Shown here one piece after another: positions 49,307 to 63,370 of a stretch of 64,000 nt of DNA. How positions within the stretch are numbered: position 1 is the first letter of the stretch; every line of letters starts with the position of its first letter. The position numbers and the translations under genes were made by a program. Below the pieces are notes generated by a model, which saw only the letters and a list, made by a program, of their open reading frames with translations, searched no databases and was not told where the DNA came from. Location of the stretch: contig LSRY02000001.1 of assembly GCA_001643675.2 (NCBI GenBank), positions 1,984,001 to 2,048,000 on the forward strand. The letters run 5' to 3'. The stretch comes from Monocercomonoides exilis PA203 (taxonomy: Eukaryota > Protista > Preaxostyla).

Positions 49307-52300
49307 TTACATGGAAATATAACTTCTCTGGCTTTGTCCAAAGCGCCTCATAACAGCAGAAGAGGAGGTGAGTGAAGGTGGCATTGAGAATGAAGCAGCA
49401 GGAAGCGGAGGTACTGTTGGAGAAGAAGAAGAAGCAGTTATTGGAGAAGGCATCTTCGAATCAGACGGAGCACAAGCAGCTGCCAAAGAAGATTCAGAAG
49501 CAGAAGTTTTGCCAGATGAATTCCCAATGCCTGGTTGTGTTCCAACTGTATTATCATCTTCCATCTCTTTCACCTTCTCACTCTCTTTCCCTTTGGAAGA
49601 TTGGCTCAAGTCGTGAGGAGAAACAGGTGTGAAGCCAGAAAGCTTGAAGAGATGGTGCTTCTTCCGATACCGATACACCACAACGACCACAACAGCGACA
49701 ACGACAAGTGTCACAACAGCAACCACAATCGGAACCACAAACGCAATCACAGGCGGCTTGGGATTGGAAGAAGACGAAGAGGAATTGTTGCGTGGTTGCG
49801 GATTGTCTGGATCGTTTGTTAACTTCAGGAAAAACGGGTCTGTTGTACTTGGCGCATTGTGCCCATTGCCAAACATAAGAGCAGCGCTAATTGTATCGTT
49901 TTCACCTGATGTGTTGAGCAAGTCATTCATCACATTCACCAAAATAGATGTTTCATTTGTGAACTCGGCAATATCAATCAAAGCAACAGTCTTATTTCCA
50001 TTGATAACAGTTTCCAATTTGACAACAAGATTGCACGGCAGCAAAAGCGAGCCTGTGAAGTTAAGTTTTGTCAGCTGCTCTCCTTTCTCAGCTGTTACGT
50101 TGCTGATTGAAGGGATAAAGAAAGGCGACGGCTTATCTGCTGCATCACCAGACAATTCGCATCCATCATTGACAATCCACAGTGAAGTGTTTGGCTCGTC
50201 TCCATCTCCTTCGCTCATGTTAGTCACATTCAATGAAGAAGTGTTAGCGCAGACGATATTGCGGCGAATGGATGGGTAGCCTGCGATCATTGGACTGTTG
50301 TTTGTGAAGCGACTATTGGCAACTGTTGCTTTGTTACCAGAGACACGCAATGCACCATAGCTCGAGTTTGAAAATGTTGCGCTTTCAAACACAGCTGAGC
50401 AGCCGTCAACAGAAACAAGAGAGCCATTCCAAGTGCAGATTTCATCAGCCCCATCGTTCAGATGCCACAAAAGATAGTTTGTTTCAGGTTTTTTCACGGC
50501 AAATGAGCAGGACAGCACTTTCAGTTCTGAACATTTCAGTGCGCGCAGACAAGTTCCTTCTTTACTATTAGACGCTTCAGAGACGCCGAACTCGCATTGC
50601 TCTAGTGTGAAAACGAGTGCTTCTGTAGCGGAAATGACACATGCTCCTTCTCCTTCCAAAAGAATGTTAGAAAACGAGCATTGGATGAAGTTTGCAACAG
50701 CTGATTTGCAGTCAACAACTGCACTTTGAGCCGAAGAGATTGATTTCAGGCTCATCTCTTTGAATGAAAGTGTTGAGCCGACAGAAGCAGAAAACAGAGA
50801 AGATGATTGACAACCTTCATTGTGAGTTGAGTTCCACTCTGAAATGGAGGTGTTTTGAATAGAAACTGTTGAAGAAGGAGCAGCAGACACTAAATTGGGA
50901 AGAAGGTTTGAGGTTTGAAGAGGCTTTGATCCAACATTTTGGCAAAGCACGCTTATAAGAGAAAGATTAGCGTTCTGTTGTATAGAAATAAGTGTATAGC
51001 TAAGAGTTTTTTCCGATTCGGAAGTTGGTAAAAAGACGAGGTTGATTTGATTCAAGCAAAGCAAATGAGACTCAACAGAAATCAAACTGTCAATGTTCAT
51101 TTGAGATGGAAATGAAATGTTTAAGCACAACAAAGTTGTATTTGCAGCAAAAGAAAGAAAGGAAGTTGAATGCTCAACAGTTTCAGCATTCACGTTTTCT
51201 GTGCTTTTCACTGAATTGCTTGAGATTCTTAAATTATCATTGCCATTTAACCCTTTGATCAAATACGAAGAAGCATTTTCTGTCTCAGCAAAGTGCAATT
51301 TCTCCCCAAGAAGCACTTCGCCTTCAATAGAAACTAAGTGCAAGCCTTTTGCTTCTTCTTTCAGATTCACAATCCGCTCGAAAAGAGAGAAAGAAAGAGA
51401 GCTGCAGGGAAATGACTTGAACCCGCAGACTTTGAAGGAGTTATTGTTTGGATGTGAAGAAGAGCAGATGACTGTGTCGTTCAGCTCGTCGAGTGCAAAC
51501 AAGAGAGGAATTGGCGTGCGCAGCAGCTTCGAATCTTCGCTCATGTCAAAGCCGCTGAAAGTGTATGGGCTGTCTGACGAACGAGGAAGACTCGCATCAA
51601 ATACGAACATTATGTCAGTTTTCGAAATGCACCTAGAAAGTTGTGGCGCATCAACAAACACGTCAAAGCCAAATTGAGCTGTGTTGTTAGCAAAATTTAT
51701 CGCATTCAAATGAACGTTCTTGCCAGCCCCATCCTCCAAAAAGAGATAGATTGCGCCTCCTCTTCCCGCTAAATGTTCAGCATGATCGTTTCTTTTATTT
51801 CTCTTTGGTTGAAATTCGTCTTTCCAGTTCTCGTAAGGCGAGCCATTTGAATCGCGTGGTGCTGAACAGAACAAAAATGAGCAGTCTTTTATAACCAGGT
51901 CGCATTCCTCTGCTGATGCAACTTGCACAAAAACAGCTCCTCCACAACAGTTTTTGGAAGTGCTACATGAAGAAAATACGCATTCTGACAAAGAAAATTG
52001 TGCAACCTGATTGTGAAGACTGTTTGAAGATGCAGATGTTGTTGGACGTGAAGCAACTGCTTGTGAAGAACCAACAATGCAAATGCATGATCCATTGCCA
52101 TCAATTCTGACAATGTTCGTAAAGTTGCATTTGGTAACATTGACTGATGACGGATAAAGGAAATCAAGAACAGAAGAAGAGAGATTTGGATGTGATGCAG
52201 CAACATCTTTCGTAGCACCATTGAACGAGCACGATGTGAATAAGACTGCCGATCCTTTTTCTGCGATTATTGCAGAATGAAAAGGAACTCCAGATTGAAA

Positions 52301-53138
52301 TGTTTGATTGTATTCAACAAACAGTCCAGATGAAAACACTTTGTCGAAAATAATGCAAGACGAAGCCCCTTCTGCGCGAATGAAGAATTTCTGTGCAAGT
52401 GAATTTCTCATCATTGTATCAACTTCCTCCTTTTCTCTGAAACAAATTGGTTTTATCACGCAATTCTCTAATTGCAAACTCCCGGAAAAAACTGAGAAAA
52501 TGTTGTAAGTTATAAACGAAAAAGCTTCTGAATCTGTTTGATTTATGCCCTGTATTCTGCAATCAACAAGAGAAAAATTCACCAAAGAAGAGACCACAAT
52601 GACACTTTCAAACAAAAAAAGATCGTTTGGTAAATCGATGCTCAGCTTTGTGAATTGCGAGTTATTATTTAAAGTGATCAATGAGCTTGTTTTTGAAGAT
52701 TCAGATAACGCATCTGGCACTATTTCAAGCGTACACATGGAAAAATCAGAAACAAGTCCACTTAAAATATTCTCGTCCCAAAACTGAAAATCGTCTTCAA
52801 AAGTATTTCCTTGCAAGATAAATAATCCATGGTCTATAGTAATCGATTTTGTTAGTGTATTTTTCGTGTCTAATAAAATTATGGAAGCAAAAGTTGCATC
52901 TCCTTGTTGCAATTGATTTTGAAGTTTCTCAATTGTATAATCCAATGGAAAGCATGGATTAGAGACACTTAAACCGCATTCATCCGATGAATCGCCTTTA
53001 ATTGAAACATAAAGAGTCTATAAATTGAAAATTGAAAAGTTTTTAAAGAAATAAAAATGTGACTCAAACAAAATTATCTTGTTGTTGACAAGTTGCATGG
53101 TAAATTACAAATAAAAGCAACTCAAAAATTGCTATCAT
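49307..53138 (-). CDS. ~1259-aa type I membrane protein of the Cys-rich GG[AG]I beta-helix family, 2 exons, no kinase tail
   Basis: Exon 1 53138-53070 (MIAIFELLLFVIYHATC signal), a 52-nt GT-AG intron 53069-53018, then exon 2 in frame (TLYVSIKGDSSDECG...NPC; GRGGAIYL; EICTWNGSLV; YPSIRRNIVC; LLLPCNL; Val-rich TM; Ser/Pro tail). Confidence 0.88.
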
Positions 53139-53299
53139 GAAATGAGCAGAGTCTCCTTTGCTCAAAGGAATAGCAATTTTAGTCAGAATTTAACAAATTA
53201 TATTACATCAGATCCAAAATAAAATTTTTCAACATTTCTTCAGTAATAAGAACAATTTTTCGATTTTTCGCATCATATATTTTTTTCATTAATTAATAT

Positions 53300-54723
53300 A
53301 TGCTAACAGCCGTATGCCGGTTATTTTTAGAGCTTTTCTTTAAAAATAAAATTGACAATTTAAATGTTGGATGTTTTTCACCTCCTTCGATATGGCAGCA
53401 CAGCGATACTGAAGAACCGATTGAGGTTCATCGTCGCGGTAATATTCATCAGCCAAATGAAATAAATGAAGAATTTCCTCCAAGTTTGATTCATAATTAT
53501 ATAATATGTTAATTACTTTCCTTCAACAAATTAATTTTTAATTTTTGTATACTTTTTCATTATAGATAAAGATGATGTATCAAATCCTCCCACTCCAAAA
53601 TTTTATGAAGAGATTGACGATTCCAGCTCAGAATCAGAAACAGAATCCTCCGAAACACCATATGTGATAAGTAGTGACACTGATGATGATTTTTCGTTTT
53701 TTGGATCAAAAAAGAAAAATCCTCTCGGCCTTCACAAGCGCAAATTGCCTAAGAGATTTCCACATTCCGAAAGTGCCAACAGTCTTGACAGCCGCCAAAG
53801 TTCAAGGAGTGTCAATATGACTCAAGAAGAAAGAGAAATCTTACAAAAAAAAATTGCAGAAAGAGAAAGACGAAAAAAGGAACAGCAAGATAAATTAGAA
53901 GAGCGATTAAAGCAAGCAAAAGAGAGAAAACGAAAAGCATTTTATCAATCATCGTGCTGGTCAGCAATACTGTTTTTCAGTTCTCTTGCTGTTGCTTTGC
54001 TGTTAATAGCATTGAATTGGCTTGCATTTTCAAGTTATTGCACCAAAAAGCTGACTCCGCGTATTGCACCACTTCACAATGAAACACATTGTCACAAAAT
54101 GGAATTAAAAGTTTGAGATTTTTCAAAATATTTCAAAAATTTAATAAATTTCTATATTGCATTTTGTTCGTTCTTTCACATTGTTGATCATTCGTTTTTA
54201 TATTTTTAACAATTCTTTTGCTATTTAGAAAGATAGATTATTCATTTGGTATGATAACGAGATTAGCAGATTTAATATGAGAGGTTTGTCAAATGTTTTT
54301 TGAACTATTAGAATAACGAATTTAAATGCAAATTTTTTGCAAAAATTTTTTATTTTTGCTGACATTTCTATTCTCTCTCTTTATTTTTTTTTTTCTTCGC
54401 TTTTTTGACTTACTCTTCCAATCTCGTTTCAAATCATTTAATGATATACAGTTCCATTTATCTCCAATTATATTACACGGAAAGCTGCACAAAGGATGCT
54501 TAAGCAAATAAGAAGCGAATGTCATTGGTATACAATGCATGAGTTTAAAGGGAAAATTGATACCTCAAAAAGGAAAGAGTTTGTTCCTGAGCCAGAATCT
54601 GAAGAGCAATTAAAATTGTGGTCAACCAGATGCAGACTCATGGGGCAAATGCGAGAAGAATCATTTGAATTGGAGAAAAAATGGCATGATCATCTTGAAA
54701 GCATATTTGGTGTTCCAATTTGA
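53300..54723 (+). CDS. Hypothetical multi-exon single-pass membrane protein with a coiled coil
   Basis: Acidic region, charged coiled coil and TM WSAILFFSSLAVALLLIALNWLAF; final exon ...LESIFGVPI*. Start and exon boundaries are approximate. Confidence 0.55.
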
Positions 54724-54772
54724 TTTCATAACATCACTTCATTTTTTTTATCAACCCTTATCTTTTTTTTTT

Positions 54773-57700
54773 ATGGAAGAAAAAAATAAAACTCAAATAT
54801 CAGCTCGTCCACAGTGGATACCCCACATCCAACCTGATGGACGAGCTTATTTTTATAATGTGCAAGAACAAAAAAGCACTTGGGAATGTCCTCCTGGTGT
54901 TAAGCCTCCAAATTTTGTGAAACAAAATAAAATTGAATTTGAAATTCTTGGAAAAGGACACTGGCTTTCGGCTTTATCTCCAGATGGGAAAACATACTAT
55001 TATAATACTTTAACTCTTCAAACTCAATGGGATCCTCCTCCTCTTTCTCAAATGCCACAGTTTGGTCGCTTCTTGACAGATACACAAAAAAATGAGCTTA
55101 TTGCACTTGAAAAACGAATTACAGAAATGAAAATTAAAATGAATAAAGACAGTAACGAAAATGAATCGGAAATTAAAGATATAGAGAGCAATAATGTCTC
55201 TGCAATGGAAAAAGAAGAATTGGATCAGGATTCTATTTCGAATGAATTGTCTCAGGAAATGAAGAACGAAGAATTTCAATCGGAACAAGAGCAAGAAGTC
55301 GAGGAGGCAGATCCATTTGCTTTCTTTACAGATGATTTGTTAAATGAATTAGCTCAGAAAGAAGCTGAAATTGCTGCTGAGGAACAAGAACTACCAGAGG
55401 AAGAAGTTGAAAGAAAAGAAGAAGAAAGAAAGAAAGCCGATACTTTATACAAAGAAGGAGAATTTCTTCAAATGCTTGTTGATTTTGATATTACTTCGTC
55501 AGAGCAGTGGAAAAAGCAGTTGCCGAAATTATCTTTTGATCGCAGATTTCAAGCGATTGAAAGCTCAGAGGAAAAGAAGTCACTTGTGAAGAAGTATTTG
55601 AAAAAATTAAAGAAAGAAATAAATGGAGGCAAAGAGAAGAGTGAAAAAGCAGACAAAAACAGCAGCGCCAGTTCTGAAAGGAATAATGATAATACTGGAT
55701 CATCAAAGGTTTCAAGTGTGGCTTCGAAAAGTAAGCAAAAGTTGTTAGAAGAATATGCAGCGTATCTCAGCCGTCTGAGCGAAGAGAAGGCGATCACGTT
55801 TCTGTCGCCTGAGATTACGTTCTCTGTTCTTGACCAGCGGCACAGTGGCGACAAGAAGTGGAAGCAGCTGACGAGAGAGGAGAGGAGGAGTGTGTTTGAC
55901 AGGGTTTGTGAGGAAGTCAGAGGAAGAGGAAGAGGAAGAGGAAGCGAGGCGATGGAGAGAGAAAGGCAGAAGGAGCTGAAGGCGCGGTTTGACATGAAGA
56001 GAAGGCTGTTTGCGGAAATGCTGAAGGAGAACGGGGTTTTGAGTGATGATGGGAATCTTTGCGATGAAATAGCGAGAAAGATGATTCGACAATCAGAAGA
56101 GAAAGAAAAAGAAAAAGAAGAAAAGAAAGAAGAGATTGAAGAAAGCAAAGAAAGTGAAAAAATTGATGAAGAAGAAAATAATCTTGACAAAAAGAACCAA
56201 TTTTATTTGCCTCTTCGAGAACACATTTCAAATGACAGCAGATTTCGCCAGTTTGAAAGCGAAGAAGGAAAGGCTCTTATCAAAAATGTGTTAAAAGGAA
56301 GAGAAGAATCCAAATTGAATCTTTTTGAGTATTTTGCAAGTGAGTTACTGGATGTGTGGAAGAAGAAGGAGGAAAAGAGAATTAAAGAATTTGAAGTAGA
56401 GAAGAAAGATAGAAAAATGGAGTTGGAAGATAAAGATAAAGAAGAAGAAGAAGAAGATAACGACAGCGAAGAAGAAAGCTCAGGACAGCATACAAAAGAT
56501 GAAAGGCATATAGGCAATGATCGAATGAAAGAAGCAACTTTATCATCATCATCATCATCTTCTTCTTCTTCTTCTTCCACTTCTTCTTCTTCTGTTTCAG
56601 CTTCTGTTCAGAGGGAAAGGCAGGCTGTTTTGTGGGAAGCTCAAAAGAACGAGTTTGTCACTGAAATTACACTTTCCTTATCAAAATTAGCAAAAATGAG
56701 AAGGGTTTGTTTTATTTGTGAAAGTCATTATGTGTTTGTTTTTTTATGATTATGTAGATGCTTTTATAAAAATATTTGTAATTATCAATTTTTTTTTAAC
56801 ATTTTTGATGTATTTTTTTTTTGAAAATGAGAGTATTTCAAATAAGTTTTTTTATTAATTATTCAAATTTTCATTTTTTAACTTCCACATATTTTTTTAT
56901 AACATTTATTCGACATTCTTCAGAAGGAACTTTCAATCGACCTTGTTCTTCAGTCAATTCGCCAGTCTGTCAGCAGGCAAGAAAAATTCACCCAAAACGT
57001 TCAAAGCGACGACACAAAGGAAAGCAAAAATGAACTTTCTCTTTTCCCTCTTCTTTCTCCGAGGCAAAAGGAGGTTTTAATACAGCACGAAATAGATCAG
57101 CTTTTGGAGTCAGATCGAAACGCGTTTTTGAGCCTTCTGCGTGATTGGTCAGCGCCTGATGGAGGGACTGTGCAGCCTGATGTTGTGAAGACGATCGGAG
57201 AAATTGTGGGGATCGGAGAAATAGATGAAAATGAGGGGAAGGAAGCAAATCACAGAAAAGAAGAGAACGATGTGCAGAAACAAAAGACGGAAAAGGGCGA
57301 AGATGAACATATGTCATTCTCTCTGGATGACTTGAACGAAGAAGAAGAAGATAATGAAAAAGAATCTGAAAAAGAAGAGAAAGAAAACAAAATCAAAGAA
57401 ACTGCTGCTCATTTTGCGACTTCTTCCCAGCAAGCGAAGATATTGAAGAATCCTGTGCATTTTATCACATTTCGCACTGATTATTCGACTGCCAGCAAGG
57501 TTCTGTCAGACAACCCTCGCTTTGAGCTTGTTGCTTCAGAAGAAGAAAGAAAAGACCTTTTTGAGTCGCACAAGTTGAATCTATACAACGCAGCCAGATT
57601 TGCATTCATTGAGAAGCTGAGGTCGATGCCACTGTCTGTTCTCAACTCGTCTACGGCTATTCCAGAAGATTGGATCAAACTGGAGAAGGAGGAAGAGGAG

Positions 57701-58759
57701 AGGAGGAAAGAGGAGGAGGAGGAGAAGGAGAAGGAAGGTAACGATAGAGATGTGAAGAAAGGAGTGACTGGAATGAACGATAAAATGAGCATGTCGAATG
57801 AAAGAATGGGAGGAAATGGGGGAAGAAGGATGGCGCAGCAGCAGAAAAGCTACGAAGATGATGGAGACAGTTATGATGATAACGATGGCGATGTCGATGA
57901 AAGTGTGTTTGGAGAAAAAGATGTGAAAAGCCTGACAGCCGAACAAAAAGTGAATGGGCTGAAGCAGAAGTATGTGAGGGCGCTGTCTTTGGTGCATTTG
58001 TCCCCGCAGGTTGCTGTGCTGCATCTGCCGAAGGATGAGGAAGAAGCATTGTTTGTTCACTATGTCAGTTATTTGAGGCGAATAGACTTGAGGACGACAC
58101 TGACGCTTCCGGAAATTCCTTCCAGTGAAGAGTGGAGGAAAAAGTGGGAGGAAGAAGAGGAAAGGAAAGAAGTGAAAAAGGAAAGGAAAGAAGAAAAGGA
58201 GAGGTTATACAGGAGTATGCTTAGAGAAGGGAGCCTTTGGTTGGAGCGAGAGAAAGATAAAAAAAGGAATGTTTCGCAAGACAGAGTCAGAAATAGCAGT
58301 CAACAACAGAATCAAATGCACTCAGAAGAAAAGGAATCAGCCAGCAGAAGGCACAACATCGGAGAGAGTTCAAACTCCTCCAGCATATCGCAGCTTCGTC
58401 ATCATCATCTTCATCGGAGCCCAGATGGCAAGCCTCGTCACCACCACCACTGTCATCTTCATAGTAACTACCATCATCATCCCCATCACCGAAGCGGTTC
58501 TCGACATCGTTCAGAAGAAAGAATTGAAAAGCATAGCAGTCATCGACATAGCCAACACCTTCGCAACAAAAGACTCAAAAGAAGCACTAGGACTCGTTCG
58601 AGGTCGCGTTCGAGATCCTCCTCTTGCACTTCATCCTCGCTGAGCTTTATTTCTTCATCGCAAAGCACTTCACCGCATTCTTCTTCAGCTTCTGAAAGAG
58701 TATTCACACATCACAGCAAGCACAGAAGTCGTTCAGAATCTTCTTCGTCTTCATCTTGA
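54773..58759 (+). CDS. WW-WW + FF-domain splicing/transcription factor (TCERG1/PRP40-like), 2 exons, RS/His-rich tail
   Basis: WW domains WIPHIQPDGRAYFYN...STWECP and WLSALSPDGKTYYYN...TQWDPP; FF domain EFLQML...WKKQLPKLSFDRRF. Intron 56705-56923 preserves the frame. Confidence 0.85.
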
Positions 58760-58980
58760 CCTTGATCTAATTCAGACTCTGATGGTAAAAATGTCAGAAA
58801 GAAGATGCAAATTCATAGGATAATTGGATGGAAAGCTAACCTGGTTTTATTACAACTCTTTTTTATTTATCACCAATGAATTCTTTTTCGGCTCATGAAC
58901 TGTTTGTGAAGTTTTCATTTCTGTGCTTTTCTAATGATTCTCATTTTTATCAAAGGAAAGCTAAATAATAAATATTCATT

Positions 58981-59112
58981 AGATGAAATTTGAATAAGAA
59001 ATTTCAATTCGAATAACTTTATTTTATTCGAATAAAATATAAGTTTATTTGAATAAGATACACTTTATTCAAATAAGCTCACTTCATTTAGAAATTCCCA
59101 ACTTCATTTGAG
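58981..59112. repeat. Left terminal array of element B (7 palindromic 12-mers, 19-21 bp period)
   Basis: Units near 58986, 59005, 59024 (perfect TTATTCGAATAA), 59045, 59065, 59084 and 59104. Confidence 0.8.
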
Positions 59113-60869
59113 TTTCTGTTTTATTATGATTTCATAAAGAACAGAACAATGAAAATTAAAATTTGAATGTTTGATAAAAATTGTTTTTATGTGTTTTTCA
59201 CTTTTGCAAAAAAGAAAAAAGATGATTTCTTTTTTCTGAAATTCTAAAATATGAACAAATGAGTTAGGATGCATTTATTGGAAATTTCGAATTTGCAAAC
59301 ATTATAAATACATTAATCAAAAACAATTTTTCACGTTTATCTGATAAAGTCAAATTGATCAAAACGAAAATTTTAAAAAATATGGAATTTATAAAATTCA
59401 GATGTTCGAAATTTGGCTGACAAGATAATAGATCATTTTGCAAGCTTCATACATAGAGCAAACAAGTTTCTTTAAAGCGGATGATCATAACTTTTATGTG
59501 CAAATTGTTGATGGAAGGTGAAATAAAGACTAATAGTTCAATTGTGTCTTCTTGGCGCTTGATTCAGTGTTGATCTTCAAATTTGCATGTACGAATGAGA
59601 AATAATGATTTTGGTTTGTGTTGAATGTTTGTTTTTGAAAGATGTTGAATTTATTGAAATACATCATTTGCACATTCGTGTTTAAATTAAGGCTACAAAA
59701 TGAAAATGCGGACAAAAACAACGAACAACAGAACTGAAATAAATCGAATAGTCTTGAAGAAGAAAAAATCAATTTTCAGCAAGATGAAGAAATGTGAAGA
59801 AAGGGTTTTTTAAAGAAAGAAATACAGATGAGAAAAAGTGGAAATACGAAAATTGAGAGTGTTAATGATATCGCAAAACGCCAAAAGTTTATTCCATTTG
59901 AGGGAATGCTTTAGTTGAAAGACATTTTTTATCCAAGAAAAGGAATTTAAAGAGGAAAATGAGGAAAGGAGGAAAGAGAAATAGGAATTGCCAATTTTTA
60001 CCTATTTTTTGTTGGAAAGAGGTGAAGGGGCAAGTTGAATGTTTGAAAAATTCAGTAATTACTGCTTGCCAGAAGAATATGCGACCAATGAAGTTTAAAT
60101 CAAATCAAGATAGATTTCAACGAGAATCTATGCAGTTGTTATCGACAACCTTCATTATTCCAAATATCAAAAAATCTCATCAACAACAACAACTTCTTTT
60201 TCTTCTTCATATCCTTCGAACTGCAATGATCTGTTCCTGCCTTCTCGTCCTCACTTATCGCTGGCAGGGATTCAACACAGAAACACTCAAAAATGTATTC
60301 TTTCCCTTTCTGTGAAATACTGCTACTCATGTGCAGTAGAAAGCTAAGGTAAATTTTCATCGTCTCCTCATTCTTCTTCTTCTAACAAATCAAATACCAT
60401 CTTTTTCATCTTTTTCATCAGTCTGATCTGGAGCAGGACTCCTGTCTGCTTCTTCACTCCAGAGGTGTAGAAGCGAAGCGAAGATGGTAGCAGGTGATGG
60501 ATAGTTATTAGCATCTTCATTTGCACGTGCAATTTACCCTTTGGATGCATCTGCGGTGGCTGCGCCATACACGTCGGCAGGAGCGATGGACGACTTCGAG
60601 GGGCGGCTGGGGTGTATGAAAATCAAAAGAAGTCGTAACTGAGGGAGCAACAGACGCTTCGAATGATTTGTTGTGGCTCGGCGGGGGGCGCTGCATGTGG
60701 GTTCTTTGTGCGTGAGTACAATGTGGCGCTTTCGGCGACACTTTCTGTATCGCTGGTGGTTCAGTTTTCTTCGCTTGCAACTTCAGCTAGATAGAATTCC
60801 AGGAGCAAGCAAAGCTTTGCGGTGTTGAACATGACTGAGCTCAAATCTATCAATGAACTGTTTGACCCG

Positions 60870-62727
60870 TCATTGATGTAGTTGGAGATTGTGCTGCTGG
60901 AATCGTGACCGCCACAGTCGAGGCGTGTGATGGTGAAGCAGGATGACTAAGTGATGGGGCAAGGGGTTGCAGCGTGTGAAGTGGGAGAGACAGAGGAGAA
61001 GGTGCTGGAGAATATAAGGCTGAAAGTGGAAGATGTGGTTATGATGACAGGAGTGATTGCTCCGACTAAGATTAAGTGGTGAGAAGACTCGGAGAAATGG
61101 GGAGGAAGAAGAGGAAGAAGAGAAAGTCAATGGACACATGAAGTTTATTTCAAAGGAATATGAAGGACAAGAAGAAAGAAGAAATAATACATGAGGTTTT
61201 GGAGAAATGTACACGGAAGCCGATAGCTTCAGCTTCTCATTAAAAAGTGATATTTTCACAAACATAGTCGAAGCAGATGGAATAGGAAGACAGGGGGAGG
61301 ATGAAAATGAAGAAAAGGAAGGGAGAAATTTCTCATGTATTTTCATTGGAAAAAAAAAGGAGAAAAGACGAGAGTCCGCAAACAATTGTTTTCAGCGTCG
61401 TCTGTTTCTCCTGCATTCCAAAATCTATTTGATTCTGTTGTTGATCCGCATTGCTGAATGGAGATTGGGAAATGTCATTTCAGTAAAAATTCCAGCTCCT
61501 CCGCGTGTTGACGAATTTGTCAATTTGTTGTTTATTAATTGACAATCATCAATCAAAAAATGATTTGGCTTCACTTGAGGAGGCCAATTGAATGTTAGAG
61601 CACCAGCAGAATCACCACCCGAGTTTGCAATACACTTGCATTTGGTGAACAAAAATTGACAAGTTGAAGTCATATTATTGAGCCAGAAATACAAACCAGT
61701 TCCACACCAGTATGTTATTGAACAACTTTCAACTCTATTTTCTGCGAACATCCAAATTGAATTTGACTGTGGGTATCTGATGCAAGCAGCTCCTCCGTGT
61801 TCAGACGAGCAACTTGTAATATTGGATTTTGTGATGTTGACATTTAACAGATACCTGCAGTATATCGCACCGCCATCACATCCACTTCCTGAGCAACTGC
61901 AATTTTCAAAAGAACAAGAAGTGATTGTGAGATTTGCGTTTGTGCACTCGATACAAAGTGCACCTCCACGACTTGATTCACTTTTTGAATCATTCCATTC
62001 GCACCATTCAAATTTATGGCTGTTAGCATCAAAGGAATCCAGTCTTCCAAGTTTCACTCTTTGGGTTTCATTTCCAATGTGTTCAACAGCAGCATTTGGT
62101 AAAGATCGTGTTTGGTGGAGAAAAGAGGCATTGAAGGCAGAGAGAGAAGTGGATGGGTTGTTAAGGTTGGGGAGGATGGCACCATCAATGGGATTGTGGG
62201 TGTAGAGGAAGATGGTTGAGTGGATGGAGAGGGATGAGTGAAGGGAGAAGGAGGGGATTGAATTGGCATTGGTGTTTGTGGATGAAGAGAGAGAAGAGGA
62301 AGAGATGGTTGAGGTGAAAGGATTGAGTGAGTGTGAAGAAAGTGATGGAAGAGATGAATGGGATTGGAGAGAGGAGATGTTTGAGAAGAGGGTGTTTGAG
62401 AGATGGAGATTGAGGTGGATTTGGAGGTGGGGATGGGATTGGTGATGGTCATGGAGAGGGGAAGGGGAAGTGGAAATCAAAGGGGAAGGTGAAGAAAAAA
62501 AAGATGATGAGGATGAAGATAAGAAAGATGAAGGAGAACAGGAAAGGGATGGAGATGGAGAAGGGGAAGGGGAAGAGAGGGAAGAAAGAGAAAGAGGAAT
62601 GGGAGATGGAGAAGGAGGCAGGGATTGGGGAGTGGGCATGTGAGAGGAGATTGTTTGGGGCGGAGAAGAGGGGGAAGGAGAGGAAGAAGAAAAAAGAATA
62701 TCAAGTTTGTCAGCTTCAACGCTTCAT
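60870..62727 (-). pseudogene. 3'-truncated, disrupted N-terminal part of a GG[AG]I beta-helix surface-protein gene
   Basis: ORF 62639-61425 has DGAILPNLNNPSTSLSAFNASF, FEWCEWNDSKS...RGGAL, GGAIY and GGAGI, matching the N-terminus of the 5283 gene (DGGIVPSLNNPLASFIASNASF, FIWCEWNGSK). The signal-like leader is in another frame and the downstream part is decayed. Confidence 0.8.
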
Positions 62728-62884
62728 TTCGTACACTTTTGCAGTTATTTGTGTTTTATAAAATGAAACTGTTCGGAGCATTTCACTTTTTCTCTCAACA
62801 TTTTTATCCAAATAAAAATTGTTTCATCTGTGTTTTTTCCAAAATGAACATACAAATATTAACGAAATAAACTTTAACTCTCGG

Positions 62885-62913
62885 ATTTTTTCTTTTTCTT
62901 TTTCTTTTTTTTT

Positions 62914-62947
<34 letters not shown>
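62885..62947 (+). repeat. Long poly-T tract
   Basis: About 60 nt of T with a few C interruptions. Confidence 0.85.
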
Positions 62948-62948
<1 letters not shown>

Positions 62949-63370
62949 TCTTTGAAGCTCATTTTGTTGGAATTTGGTCATATTTCCAATAAAAAACAAA
63001 AAGATTAAAATTATTGTAATAATTGGGTTATAAATACTTCAAGAAACAACACCAAATGAGCCAGTTGGGTGATTCTTTTTGAAAAGTCACTAATGTTTAA
63101 TTTTCAAATAAATCAAAATTTTCATATTTCAATCAATTTTTTGTTAACATAAACCAAACTGCATGAATAAGGAATCTATTTTTGGATGATGCTATTTTTA
63201 TTCATTCCAAAGAAGATTCGTGAGCAGAAACAGAAATATCAGCAAAATATGAAATTTTTGGTTTTCCTGAAAATTGAACATTTGCGACTTTTCAAAAAGA
63301 ATTACCCAGTTAGTAATTTTGAAAGATGAAATACAATTTTTCATAACTTTTTCCGGATGGATTTTAGCGT

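Noticed and set aside
62885-62947. Poly-T as the retroposed poly-A tail of the adjacent pseudogene
   Set aside because: It lies upstream of the minus-strand gene start rather than at its 3' end, and no TSD is evident.
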